Shown: positions 16,311 to 25,636 of the stretch, piece after piece
Position numbering within the stretch: the stretch's first letter is position 1
Layout: each line of letters starts with the position of its first letter
IMG/VR virus record: IMGVR_UViG_3300025430_000001
Coordinates: 1-59,503 of that record
DNA: 59,503 nucleotides
Reading direction: 5' to 3' (one strand)
Source of the DNA: a virus
Lineage: Duplodnaviria; Caudoviricetes
Notes under the pieces: model-generated
The model's database searches: none
Told to the model about the DNA's origin: nothing
The model's input: the letters and a program-made list of their open reading frames with translations, nothing else
Position numbers and translations under genes: made by a program

Positions 16311-16915
16311 TGAGAGTTTTAATAGCATGTGAATACAGCGGCACCGTGCGCGATGCGTTTGTTGCCAAGGGGCATGATGCCATGTCGTGTGATCTGCTTC
16401 CGACCGACAAGGCTGGGCCGCATTATCAGGGTGATGTATTTGACATCATCGGCGACGGCTGGGATTTGATGATCGCGCACCCGCCATGCACGTATCTAAC
16501 CAATAGCGGCGTGACGTGGCTACACAAAGACCCTTCGAGATGGGCCAAGCTTGATGATGGCGCGGCATTCTTCAAAGCTTTGCTGAATGCTGACATCCCA
16601 ATGATCGCTGTCGAAAACCCCATTATGCACAAGTATGCCAAGGAACGCATTGGAGGGACCAGGCAGACGCAAGTTGTGCAGCCATGGATGTTTGGGCACT
16701 TAGAGCAGAAGGCGACCTGCCTGTAGCTTAAGGGGCTGCAGCCATTGGTAGCGACAAACAACGTCAGGGATGAAATGATGGCGCTGCCTAAGAATCAGAG
16801 GGAGCGCTTACACTACCTGCCGCCATCAGCGGACCGGTGGAAGCTTCGCAGCACGACCTATCAAGGCATCGCTGATGCTATGGCAAAACAATGGGGCAAT
16901 AATGAATACCATTAA
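16307..16915 (+). pseudogene. DNA cytosine-C5 methyltransferase-like gene interrupted by an in-frame TAG at 16724-16726 (pseudogene or read-through)
   Basis: RVLIACEYSG, IAHPPCTYL, IAVENP, QPWMFGH..KATCL*LKGL. The frame stays open for 62 further codons to RSTTYQGIADAMAKQWG and TAA 16915. Confidence 0.8.
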
Positions 16916-17423
16916 ACTAACCAAGCCCGAACTCATGGTTGCCGGGCTTGTCGGCAACATGCGAAGCATATCGTCGCTTGGAAATCTCGTTCAAAACAAG
17001 CACTCGCCAACTGATTCGCAGTGGCAGATTGATGTCGATGGGGCAGCCGCCGAAATGGCCTTTGCGAAGTGGCTGGATGTCTACTACGAGCCATCGGTGA
17101 ATACATTCAAGGCACCGGATGTCGGGGTCATGCAGGTGCGATCCACCAAGCACGAGCATGGCAAGCTGATCATCCGGGCAAACGACAAGAAGGACGAGAT
17201 TGTCGTCCTTGTGATTAATCGCATGCCTACCTACACAATGGCCGGTTGGATACGAACCAACGAAGCCAAGCAGGACAAATACCTCTACGACCCCAATGGC
17301 AAGGGTGCACCGGCATGGATGGTGCCACAGATCAATCTAAATAAAATGGAAGATTTAAATGTTAAGACCCTATCAACAGACAGCGCACGACCAAATCATC
17401 CAGTGGGTGAAGAAAACGGCTGA
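16902..17423 (+). CDS. Hypothetical protein, possibly PD-(D/E)xK-like fold
   Basis: GAAAEMAFAKWL...PDV..QVRST...AGWI. Confidence 0.7.
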   Translation: MNTIKLTKPELMVAGLVGNMRSISSLGNLVQNKHSPTDSQWQIDVDGAAAEMAFAKWLDVYYEPSVNTFKAPDVGVMQVRSTKHEHGKLIIRANDKKDEIVVLVINRMPTYTMAGWIRTNEAKQDKYLYDPNGKGAPAWMVPQINLNKMEDLNVKTLSTDSARPNHPVGEENG

Positions 17424-19140
17424 ACCCTGCTGCATCGAGGCAGCGACGGGGGCAGGCAAGAGCCACATCATTGCGGCGATTGCTAACACCATCCACCGCA
17501 TATCTGGCGGCAAACACGTCCTATGCCTTGCGCCTAGCGCGGAGCTTGTCGTGCAGAATAGCGAAAAATACCGCGCGACCGGCAACCCCTGCTCAATCTT
17601 CTCGGCAAGCGCTGGGGCCAAGTCGCTAAAGCACCCAGTGGTATTTGGCACCCCTCTGACGGTAAAGAACCGCATCAGGCGCTTTGGCAGCCAATTCGGG
17701 ATGATCGTCATCGACGAGGCCCACGGGATCACGCCGACGATCCGCAACATCGTCAATGCCATTCGCGAACAGAATGCCAACATCCGCGTCGTGGGGATGA
17801 CTGCCACGCCCTATCGGATGGGGACTGGGTACATCTTCGGCCAGTGGCCAGATGGTAAGCCAGTCGGAGAACACGAAACCATCAATCCGTACTTCTCGGT
17901 CTGTGTGGACCGGATCACGGCTCAGGAGCTGATTGATCAGGGCTACCTGACAAAGCCGGTGATCGGGCAGATACACGCCGAATCATACCACACCCTCGAC
18001 ATGGAGCTGAATAGCCGCAATCAGTTCGACAGCGAGGACATCGACCGCGCCTTTATCGGCCAAGGCCGCAAGACGTCTGCAATCATCGCGGACGTGGTGG
18101 CGCAGGCCAGAGAACGCCAAGGGGTGATGGTCTTTGCCGCCACGGTGCAACATGCCCAAGAGTGCATGGAAAGCCTGCCACGGGGCTTGTCTGCCCTTGT
18201 GACGGGGAATACGCCCAGTCAGGAACGCGCCGCCATCATAGCGCGGTTCAAGGCCCAAGAGATCAAGTACCTTGTCAACGTGCAGGTGCTCACCACCGGC
18301 TTCGATGCCCCCCACGTCGATCTGATTGCAATCCTACGAGCGACAGAATCAGTTGGCCTGCTGCAGCAGATCATCGGTCGAGGCCTGCGCCTGTTCGAGG
18401 GTAAGGATGACTGCCTGATCCTAGATTATGCCGAGAACCTCGAGCGCCACTGCCCCGACGGTGACGTGTTTAACCCCTTGATCAAGACGGTAAAGGCAAA
18501 GGAAAACGCGCTTTACCTGAAGGTGCGCTGCCCATTATGCGAGGTGGAAAATGAATTTAAAGCCAGACCAAACCCATCGGGGTTCGAGATCAGCCCCTCT
18601 GGCTACTTTTGCGATCTCGATGGTATTACGATTGAAACCGAGCATGGCATGATTCCCGCCCATTACGGTCGGCGGTGCCAATCAAAGCAACTCGCAGCAG
18701 GACAATTGGTACAGTGCGGATCTCGTTGGACCACAAAGTCCTGCCCCCACTGTGAGGCGGACAACGACATCGCGGCAAGGTACTGCGCGGAGTGCAAGGG
18801 AGAGATTGTTGACCCTAACGAGAAGCTGATTGCTGAGTTTAACGCCATGAAGGCCGACCCCAACCGGCGGCAGACCGACGTCGTCGAGGAGTGGTCCGTA
18901 AACCACACGTTAAGCAAGGCCGGGCGCGAGATGTGGCGGGTCGATGTGCGGACATCCTATCGTAAATTCTCGTTCTGGGTGCCAAAAACACCAAACTGGT
19001 CGCAAGGCTTCAAAGATCGTGCTATGTTTACCGCATTGGGTGGCAAGCAACCCGACACCATTACCTATGAGAAGGATGGGCAGTGGTACAAGGTAACGGC
19101 CTACAATAGGAAGCCAGATGAAATTCCCGACCGGCATTGA
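17359..19140 (+). CDS. Superfamily 2 DEAH helicase (RadD/YejH-like) with C-terminal Zn fingers
   Basis: LRPYQ, ATGAGKS, IDEAH, MTATP, LTTGFDAP, QIIGRGLR, CPHC...CAEC. Confidence 0.92.
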   Translation: MLRPYQQTAHDQIIQWVKKTAEPCCIEAATGAGKSHIIAAIANTIHRISGGKHVLCLAPSAELVVQNSEKYRATGNPCSIFSASAGAKSLKHPVVFGTPLTVKNRIRRFGSQFGMIVIDEAHGITPTIRNIVNAIREQNANIRVVGMTATPYRMGTGYIFGQWPDGKPVGEHETINPYFSVCVDRITAQELIDQGYLTKPVIGQIHAESYHTLDMELNSRNQFDSEDIDRAFIGQGRKTSAIIADVVAQARERQGVMVFAATVQHAQECMESLPRGLSALVTGNTPSQERAAIIARFKAQEIKYLVNVQVLTTGFDAPHVDLIAILRATESVGLLQQIIGRGLRLFEGKDDCLILDYAENLERHCPDGDVFNPLIKTVKAKENALYLKVRCPLCEVENEFKARPNPSGFEISPSGYFCDLDGITIETEHGMIPAHYGRRCQSKQLAAGQLVQCGSRWTTKSCPHCEADNDIAARYCAECKGEIVDPNEKLIAEFNAMKADPNRRQTDVVEEWSVNHTLSKAGREMWRVDVRTSYRKFSFWVPKTPNWSQGFKDRAMFTALGGKQPDTITYEKDGQWYKVTAYNRKPDEIPDRH

Positions 19141-19531
19141 CGTATATGGTGACAAATCATTTAGGGGAAAATGCGCCACCGAATCGCTAGAGCAGGTTAC
19201 ATTTTTTGCTAGGATGCGCCGTGATTATCCAAACTCATGGGGCAAAATTGCCTTCCATCCCCGCAACGAGGGTTTTAGGACGGCAATGAAGGTGAAGATT
19301 GAAAAGGCCGAAGGCATGGTGACCGGAACACCCGACATTATCATCCCCGGAAGCCCGACATTTGTATGCGAATTGAAGCGGCGGGACCACACCAAGTCCT
19401 CGCTACAAGATGGACAGAAGGATTACCTATATGCCGCCCAAGAAGCAGGGGGATTTGTTTGCATTGCCCTCGGCCACAAAGCGGCGCGGGAAGCATTCGG
19501 ACGATATCTGGAAATTCATTACGCGGCCTAG
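19118..19531 (+). CDS. VRR-NUC domain nuclease
   Basis: HPRNEG...EGMVTGTPDIII...CELKR...Q. Confidence 0.85.
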   Translation: MKFPTGIDVYGDKSFRGKCATESLEQVTFFARMRRDYPNSWGKIAFHPRNEGFRTAMKVKIEKAEGMVTGTPDIIIPGSPTFVCELKRRDHTKSSLQDGQKDYLYAAQEAGGFVCIALGHKAAREAFGRYLEIHYAA

Positions 19532-19536
19532 CAAAA

Positions 19537-19757
19537 TGATCGAAGATGTAATGATTGGTAAGGTCGCGTTGCAGGACCAGCCTGAAGGGATACAGTCCGC
19601 CTGCCGCTTGGCGATCTATGAACGTGCCTGCCGGATACTTAATCTGGAGACAAAGTTGGAACGCAGGGCCGAAATTGGTCGGACCCCTGATAAATTGCGG
19701 CCTCACATCGAGGCAGAGGTCATGAAGATATGGAGGACGAGAAGTGACGAATCATGA
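19537..19757 (+). CDS. Hypothetical protein
   Basis: 3' part of ORF 19410..19757; start position approximate. Confidence 0.5.
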
Positions 19758-19837
19758 AATTGCAGAATGGATAGGATTGCTTTGGGCGCTTGGCATGCTA
19801 GGCTACATAATCCGTATCATCATGTGTGAGATAAAAA

Positions 19838-20059
19838 ATGATCCGAATTGACCCCCCATTGCCACTGGACACGCCAAAAGGCCCAGCGATGGCACATTTC
19901 CTAATCGATTACGGGTTCGAGCATCACCTCTCATGGGTTTGTTTCCAAGATGAAACAGGCGAGTGCTGGACTTGGACAAATCGGGATGTGCGGATGCAAG
20001 ATAATATTTCTGCAGGTCGTGCAAAAAAGTATTTGACACCTGAAAAGGACAGTGTATAA
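19838..20059 (+). CDS. Hypothetical phage protein
   Basis: PPLPLDTPKG..AHFLIDYG.EH...WVCF...GECWTW.N. Confidence 0.75.
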   Translation: MIRIDPPLPLDTPKGPAMAHFLIDYGFEHHLSWVCFQDETGECWTWTNRDVRMQDNISAGRAKKYLTPEKDSV

Positions 20060-20060
20060 C
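20033..20060 (+). promoter_or_regulatory. Sigma70-like promoter
   Basis: TTGACA-16 nt-TATAAC. Confidence 0.6.
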
Positions 20061-20093
20061 AGGTTCATCAGCAACGAGCTGACGCAAATTTAA

Positions 20094-20393
20094 ATGGAGA
20101 TGACCATGACGAACCGCACCCTCGCCGACCGCTACTACGACATCGACGCACAGATCAAGGCTTTGGAAGTTGCCAAAGACGCCATCAAGGCTGAGATTAT
20201 CGCCCTTGGCACCGATCTTGTCGAAGGCGCAGAATACGACGTCAAGGTTTCACTTTCGCAGCGTTCCGTTCTCGATGAGGCTTTGCTTCTTGCAACCTAC
20301 GGTGTGACGCCAGAGCAGATGAAGCTCTATAATGCCTGCAAAAAAGATGGCAAGTGCTTCGAAGTTCTTAAAGTGGTTTCAAAGGGGGCATAA
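20094..20393 (+). CDS. Hypothetical protein
   Basis: 99-aa ORF with GGAG RBS. Confidence 0.75.
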   Translation: MEMTMTNRTLADRYYDIDAQIKALEVAKDAIKAEIIALGTDLVEGAEYDVKVSLSQRSVLDEALLLATYGVTPEQMKLYNACKKDGKCFEVLKVVSKGA

Positions 20394-20419
20394 GCCCCCA
20401 CCCTTGGGAGGATGAGTAA

Positions 20420-20764
20420 ATGGATAAGCAAGATATTATAGCCCTAGATGCCACCATGCTGATTGGAGAACTAGTCCAAGAGTATATCAACAATTTTAAA
20501 TTTGGGGATGAGCGAAAGAACGAAAAACTCATCAACGCTTCATATATTGAAGATCTTACAATGGATTGCATTAAAGATGCGATTTGGAAGATTATAAGTG
20601 TGATGAAAGATATTGAGTATGAAGCAACAAACTCAGTTGATGAATATGTTACCAGACGCAAAAGGATGGAACAGGTTAAATCTATTTTGTTAATTGGCCG
20701 ATCGCACCCAGATAGCGCAATCAAGCGTTTGAAGGGTTTAAAGCCAAAGTACGAGAAAGTATAA
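20420..20764 (+). CDS. Hypothetical protein (AT-rich)
   Basis: GGAGG RBS; 114 aa. Confidence 0.65.
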   Translation: MDKQDIIALDATMLIGELVQEYINNFKFGDERKNEKLINASYIEDLTMDCIKDAIWKIISVMKDIEYEATNSVDEYVTRRKRMEQVKSILLIGRSHPDSAIKRLKGLKPKYEKV

Positions 20765-20765
20765 A

Positions 20766-21038
20766 ATGCTAAAGACAATTATGGATGTCGTGTACCACTT
20801 GGGGCTTGGCTCATCAGCCAAGCTTCTTTGGATTCGGTTGTTTGATAGATATGGTTACGAGACATTCGCAGGCACCTATGAGGAAATGGCCGACGAAGTC
20901 CACAGCAAGCGTTATACCGTCCGCGCCCAGATCGCCGCGTTACGCGAGGTGGGTGCGATCGAGACCAGCAACCACTACGAGACTAGCAACGCAGGCAATG
21001 AGTTTCGCTTGCGCCCACCAAATGAATGGAAAAACTAA
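20766..21038 (+). CDS. Winged-helix HTH protein
   Basis: TYEEMADEVHSKRYTVRAQIAALREVGAI. Confidence 0.7.
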   Translation: MLKTIMDVVYHLGLGSSAKLLWIRLFDRYGYETFAGTYEEMADEVHSKRYTVRAQIAALREVGAIETSNHYETSNAGNEFRLRPPNEWKN

Positions 21039-21424
21039 TGCCAAATATGTTGGATTATGAACGCCTTGTACGGCAAGTTGCCGACCTAAGCGTTGAGAAT
21101 GCTAGGCTTAAGGGCCACCATCGCAACGGGGAGGATGATCGTTGGAACACTATCGAGGAGCAAGCACTAGTTGGTACATTGGCGGAAGAACGCCGCCTTC
21201 GTCGAATTATTCGCGACTGGGAAGAGCGTTACGATATCTTGTGCGAATTGTTTATGCGCCGCGATCGGGACAGGGCCAACTTGAATTGGCACGACGCCAA
21301 GACGGACTTGGAGATACGTCGCCGGAAGCAAGCGGAAGCGCAAGCGAAGACCGAGAAGCGGCTTATGTGGCTGCGGATCGTTTATACGAAGATCATGAAT
21401 TTAATCACAAAGAGGGTAAAATGA
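21026..21424 (+). CDS. Hypothetical coiled-coil protein
   Basis: 132-aa ORF. Confidence 0.65.
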   Translation: MEKLMPNMLDYERLVRQVADLSVENARLKGHHRNGEDDRWNTIEEQALVGTLAEERRLRRIIRDWEERYDILCELFMRRDRDRANLNWHDAKTDLEIRRRKQAEAQAKTEKRLMWLRIVYTKIMNLITKRVK

Positions 21425-21717
21425 GTAATTTACTAAACACACGCGAGAAGACCCACGGGAACTACCGCGACAACGCCAACCTTAGCCAAGCCATTAAAGA
21501 CGTGCTGCGGAGCGGCAAGAACTGGGAACGCCTGAGCGATGGCCAGAAGGAGGCTTTGGAAATGATTTCAGTCAAGCTTTCCCGTCTTCTTAACGGCGAC
21601 AAGGACTTCCGCGATCATTGGGACGACATTGAGGGATATGCCAAACTGGGCGGCCAAGCCAGTCCCACCAATCTGCCAACCGTAACTTTAGATTTAACAA
21701 AGGCGATGGAAGGATGA
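21421..21717 (+). CDS. DUF6378-like phage protein
   Basis: REKTHGNY...EALEMI..KLSRLLNGD....DHWDDIEGYA. Confidence 0.75.
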   Translation: MSNLLNTREKTHGNYRDNANLSQAIKDVLRSGKNWERLSDGQKEALEMISVKLSRLLNGDKDFRDHWDDIEGYAKLGGQASPTNLPTVTLDLTKAMEG

Positions 21718-21911
21718 GCAAGTTTCGGATGTACGTGGCAACAACAATCTTTTTAGTATTAACCAGCTACTGGTGTGCTAATGCCCTAAATGATTCGGTT
21801 GCATCTAATGCCACAACCATATGGCTTGCAATGTGGTGTTTTTTCAGTGGTATCTTGGGTTTGTTTGCAGGCTTCAGTGCCATCATGGAGCTAGAAGACC
21901 ATGTGCGTTAG
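21714..21911 (+). CDS. Two-TM membrane protein
   Basis: Two hydrophobic segments. Confidence 0.65.
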   Translation: MSKFRMYVATTIFLVLTSYWCANALNDSVASNATTIWLAMWCFFSGILGLFAGFSAIMELEDHVR

Positions 21912-22332
21912 GGGAGCGCCTGAGATGACGGGATATCGCAGCAAGAAGATGATGTCAGATGTTCGTTGGTTGGGGCCGTACGCCCCAGCCGACCGCCATG
22001 CCGATGATATTACCATTGCCCATGTTGTGGAGCTTCGTAAGAAATTGGCAGATGCAGAACGCCACCGAGACAATGCTTTAGAAGGATTAATGGCCCTTAA
22101 AAAAGAAAGGGACCAATTTAGGGATGCTTTAATTAATATCCAATTTGAATATAATCGTTGGAAAACTAAGGCATCATCTCACTTTATTGGTTCTATTGCA
22201 AAAGAAGCATTAAAAGACATTCCAGATGGGAAACGCGCCCCAACTATTAAGGAGCATCGCCCAACGATAGAGGAAAGTTTTAGAATGCGCCAAATAGAAT
22301 TAGCAGAAAGAGCCGCCAATGCCCCGCGCTGA
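21901..22332 (+). CDS. Hypothetical protein
   Basis: ORF in the operon; start uncertain. Confidence 0.6.
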   Translation: MCVRGAPEMTGYRSKKMMSDVRWLGPYAPADRHADDITIAHVVELRKKLADAERHRDNALEGLMALKKERDQFRDALINIQFEYNRWKTKASSHFIGSIAKEALKDIPDGKRAPTIKEHRPTIEESFRMRQIELAERAANAPR

Positions 22333-22603
22333 TCGTTTCCCGAAGCACTTCGACCATGCCTTGCGCTGCCGTGAGCAGAACCTTCCCGACACTGCGGACT
22401 TCATCCACAAGATTGGGAAGGCTTCCGACGAATATAAACGGGCATTGGTGTTTTGCATTAATGTTATGGAAGAGTATAAATCAGACCTAACACGTCCGAA
22501 AAGTGCGCGGCCAAAGGGTGATCTTACGCCATTCATGCTGGGTGCCTTGGACAAAGCCCGTGAGACTTTGAGGGATTATGATCATGACGTGGTTCCAGAT
22601 TAG
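22319..22603 (+). CDS. Hypothetical protein
   Basis: 94-aa ORF. Confidence 0.6.
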   Translation: MPRADRFPKHFDHALRCREQNLPDTADFIHKIGKASDEYKRALVFCINVMEEYKSDLTRPKSARPKGDLTPFMLGALDKARETLRDYDHDVVPD

Positions 22604-22778
22604 AGGCGAACGCCGCGACTTTATGCGCCAGCCATCTATCATTATCGACAACGATATGACAAAAGAAGAAGCAGATCGTATGTTGATCGAGTTGAAATCC
22701 GAGATGCCCCTTTGGGACTTCTTTATGGAAGAGCAGGAATTCGTAGATGGAAAAATACAAGAGGGTCTTCGTACCTAA
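22578..22778 (+). CDS. Hypothetical protein
   Basis: 66-aa ORF. Confidence 0.55.
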   Translation: MIMTWFQIRGERRDFMRQPSIIIDNDMTKEEADRMLIELKSEMPLWDFFMEEQEFVDGKIQEGLRT

Positions 22779-23088
22779 CCCAAGCTTTCGGTTTGACCCA
22801 ACCGAGCTAAATACCCTCGCCGAATCGGTCGTCTATGTCAGCGACCTTCCCATGTTTGACAACCTGATTGGCGATGAAAACATTCATCGCTTCGAACACA
22901 AGGTTGCAGAACGGATGACCGACTTCGACCCGGCAGCCGATATCATCGCCTACTACGGCGACAGCATGATCTTTGCCATTATGGTGATGTACCTATGCGA
23001 CAACCACGATGGGTTCGACGTGGCGCGGTATTCGTCGAAGCTCGGCGGGTACGTCATCCGCGAACTGGCCTACGATAAATTCGTGTAA
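22747..23088 (+). CDS. Hypothetical protein
   Basis: 113-aa ORF ending at the convergent terminator. Confidence 0.7.
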   Translation: MEKYKRVFVPNPSFRFDPTELNTLAESVVYVSDLPMFDNLIGDENIHRFEHKVAERMTDFDPAADIIAYYGDSMIFAIMVMYLCDNHDGFDVARYSSKLGGYVIRELAYDKFV

Positions 23089-23123
23089 TAAAAAAGCCCG
23101 GCTTGCACCGGGCTTCTTTTTTA
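23088..23123. terminator. Bidirectional Rho-independent terminator between convergent operons
   Basis: AAAAAAGCCCGG-CTTGCA-CCGGGCTTCTTTTTT. Confidence 0.85.
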
Positions 23124-23291
23124 TTCTGCGACCTGTGCCGCTGTCGTTGCCGCCTCGACTTGCGGCTTGGCCTGCGAATGAAGCATCGCGATCACTTCTG
23201 AAACCTCTTCATAGGCACCCTTCGCAAGGTGCTTTAGGATGGCATTGACGTGCGCCACGGTGAGCTTCAGTTCTACTTCTAAATTGTCCAT
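23121..23291 (-). CDS. Small protein (56 aa), paralog of 34400..34591
   Basis: Manual translation MDNLEVELKLTVAHVNAILKHLAKGAYEEVSEVIAMLHSQAKPQVEAATTAAQVAE; TAATG overlap. Confidence 0.8.
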   Translation of the reverse strand: MDNLEVELKLTVAHVNAILKHLAKGAYEEVSEVIAMLHSQAKPQVEAATTAAQVAE

Positions 23292-25636
23292 TAGATACCC
23301 CTGTTTGCGATTTCCAGCGCCTTGGCGATGGTTGTATCATCCACGTTAAGCAGTGGCTTCGTGCCCTTGCCCTCGTCCTTCTTAATACGATCCACCATGG
23401 CAATCAACTGGTCAGCCTTGGCTTTTGCAGCGCCAGTTGTTCGACCGCCACTCTTGCGCCCAATGCGACCGCCAGAGGCCTGACCACTGGAAAATAAATA
23501 TGGTGGAACCTGCTGTAAGCCCTTCATAATGGCATATTGACCACCAGCCTTTACAGCTCCTGCTCCCAATGGATTAATGGCTTGCGCCCCAATGAGGGGT
23601 GCGCTTTTTTGAAGGGCTTGACCCACAATCTTTTGACCAGTCGTTGGTGTGTATTTTGACAATGGCTTGGCAATGTTACGGGCACTTAAATTGCCCAAAA
23701 CACTGGCCGCACCGGCTGTCCCAAGCGTCTTTATTGGAAGGCCGCCAAGGATCAATGATTCGGCAGCACCGGCACCCAATTCGCCTAAAAGGCCTTTTTT
23801 ATTACCAAGGCCTCCGCTTGATTTTTTTGCCAATTCGTCGATGTGATTGCCGACAACATTATTGCCGCTAGGCAAATTGCCAAAGGTTTCTACCTTGTTT
23901 AAAGTTTGGCGAAGATCATTCGATGCTCCACCACCAAACAGCAAACTTTTCCCTTGAGGATGAAGGTCTGTGCCGTATTTTCTGCTTAAATTGTTGAATG
24001 AAAAATTGCCATTTGGGGCAATATTTTTTGCAACATATGTCTGTCCGACCTTATCCCATGTGGACGGATCGTACTTGCTCAGTACGTTTTGCAGGTTTGC
24101 AGCATCGGTAAAGTTTGGCCCAGATGTGTTTTTTAAGGCTGCAGATTCGATGCCTTTATAAATTTGGTCACCGGTTTTTGCTCTAGCACCATTGACGTCT
24201 GGATTGCCAGTTATGCGAAGTACGCTTGACCGCAGCTTGTAGAGGTCGGCTGCATCGGCGTTTGCAGCGTTAAAAGCCGCAGTCCCCTCTTCGCCACCGA
24301 GAGAGCCTGCCGCGCCGCGCATGTCTTCTGTTACAGAACCATATAGCCTCTTAAGGATGCTTTCATCCAAATTTTGGCCGCTTGGTCCTCGATTAAAGTC
24401 AATGCCCTTTGCAATGAACCTGCGAAGATTATGCATGTCTTCAAATGACAGGCCGTTTGGAACCGATTCGGCCTTAGCAATAATTGCCAATGTAGGCTCT
24501 ACATCGGAAATTGCAGCCATCGATGAATTGCGGACTGCATCAGCAGCAGCCTGCATATTCGTCATATTAAACCTAGCTGGATTTGATCTAAATTCTTCAA
24601 CTGGCTTAAAAGCATTGTTTAAAGCAGATTCAAAGCCATGTGGGCTTTGGTCGTCCTTTGCCCAGTTTCCAATGGTATTTCGGATTGCTTCGCCTGTGTC
24701 ATTGGTGTTTGCATCGCCAGCGATATCCGCAAGCTTCCCGCCAATTTCGTTTACAGTCTTGTTTGAAGCGTTTGCCATAGAGCTACGCAAGTCAAGATTT
24801 GAAGCAAATGCAGATGGGTTGCTATCAGACGCAACGAATGCCGGAACACTAAAGCCCACATCATCGCCGATTGCACCTGCGATATGACCCTTTGAAATGC
24901 CATTATTAAGCGCCTGTGAGACCTGATCGGAAAATTCAGGTGCGATCTTAGCCCCGAGTGCGCCAATGCCCTTGCCTGCCGCTCCTAGAAGCATAGGGGC
25001 CACTTTTGCCCCTGCTGCCCCTGCGATGGCACCGCTAACCTTATCACCCAGCGTATCGCCTTCTGAAGAACCGTAAACAGCACCTTGGGCAAGTGGATTT
25101 TCCAATACGCTTGCGGCCTCGCCAGCCAGACCAGCCCCACCAGTTAGGGAGCGTAGGCCTGCACCAGCTAAACTTCCAATGTTGCCAGACTCTGCCAATA
25201 AGCCAGCACCGCCTGCTGCGGCGGCCTCCTCTGGGCCAGCAAGGACAGCGTTAGCAGCAGCCGGGATTGCCGCAGCAGCCATGCCTGTTCCATAAAGCCA
25301 TGGGTGTTGATTCCAAGCTTCCTCATTGGATGATTTTTGTTTGGCAAGCTCGTTCAGGTATTCTGGGTCATTGCTACCGGGCATGTGCCCCGACTCTATG
25401 GCTGCAATTAGTTGCGGAGAATACCCAAGCGCGAAAGCATTCGCCGCGCCGCGCCCGAATGATTCCAAGCTCCCAACATCAGGCTTTGCCTTTTGGGTTG
25501 GCTTAAAGTCAGCTCCAACTTCGCCGACAGGTTTAAAGCCTGTGGCCTCCTCATCAGCAGGGCCAATGGGGTTAAAATCATGCAGAACCTCAGGATCAGC
25601 CATTATTGCACCTTTATGTACTTGGAGCCATCCCAA
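23291..25636 (-). CDS. Putative internal virion / DNA ejection protein
   Basis: 781 aa, Ala/Gly-rich, last large gene of the structural operon; C-terminal ASGGRIGRKSGGR. Confidence 0.7.
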   Translation of the reverse strand: MGWLQVHKGAIMADPEVLHDFNPIGPADEEATGFKPVGEVGADFKPTQKAKPDVGSLESFGRGAANAFALGYSPQLIAAIESGHMPGSNDPEYLNELAKQKSSNEEAWNQHPWLYGTGMAAAAIPAAANAVLAGPEEAAAAGGAGLLAESGNIGSLAGAGLRSLTGGAGLAGEAASVLENPLAQGAVYGSSEGDTLGDKVSGAIAGAAGAKVAPMLLGAAGKGIGALGAKIAPEFSDQVSQALNNGISKGHIAGAIGDDVGFSVPAFVASDSNPSAFASNLDLRSSMANASNKTVNEIGGKLADIAGDANTNDTGEAIRNTIGNWAKDDQSPHGFESALNNAFKPVEEFRSNPARFNMTNMQAAADAVRNSSMAAISDVEPTLAIIAKAESVPNGLSFEDMHNLRRFIAKGIDFNRGPSGQNLDESILKRLYGSVTEDMRGAAGSLGGEEGTAAFNAANADAADLYKLRSSVLRITGNPDVNGARAKTGDQIYKGIESAALKNTSGPNFTDAANLQNVLSKYDPSTWDKVGQTYVAKNIAPNGNFSFNNLSRKYGTDLHPQGKSLLFGGGASNDLRQTLNKVETFGNLPSGNNVVGNHIDELAKKSSGGLGNKKGLLGELGAGAAESLILGGLPIKTLGTAGAASVLGNLSARNIAKPLSKYTPTTGQKIVGQALQKSAPLIGAQAINPLGAGAVKAGGQYAIMKGLQQVPPYLFSSGQASGGRIGRKSGGRTTGAAKAKADQLIAMVDRIKKDEGKGTKPLLNVDDTTIAKALEIANRGI

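Noticed and set aside
16724-16726. Genome-wide TAG recoding (alternative genetic code)
   Set aside because: TAG ends several normal genes (e.g. 19531, 21911, 33518, 58866), and the large genes are intact in the standard code.
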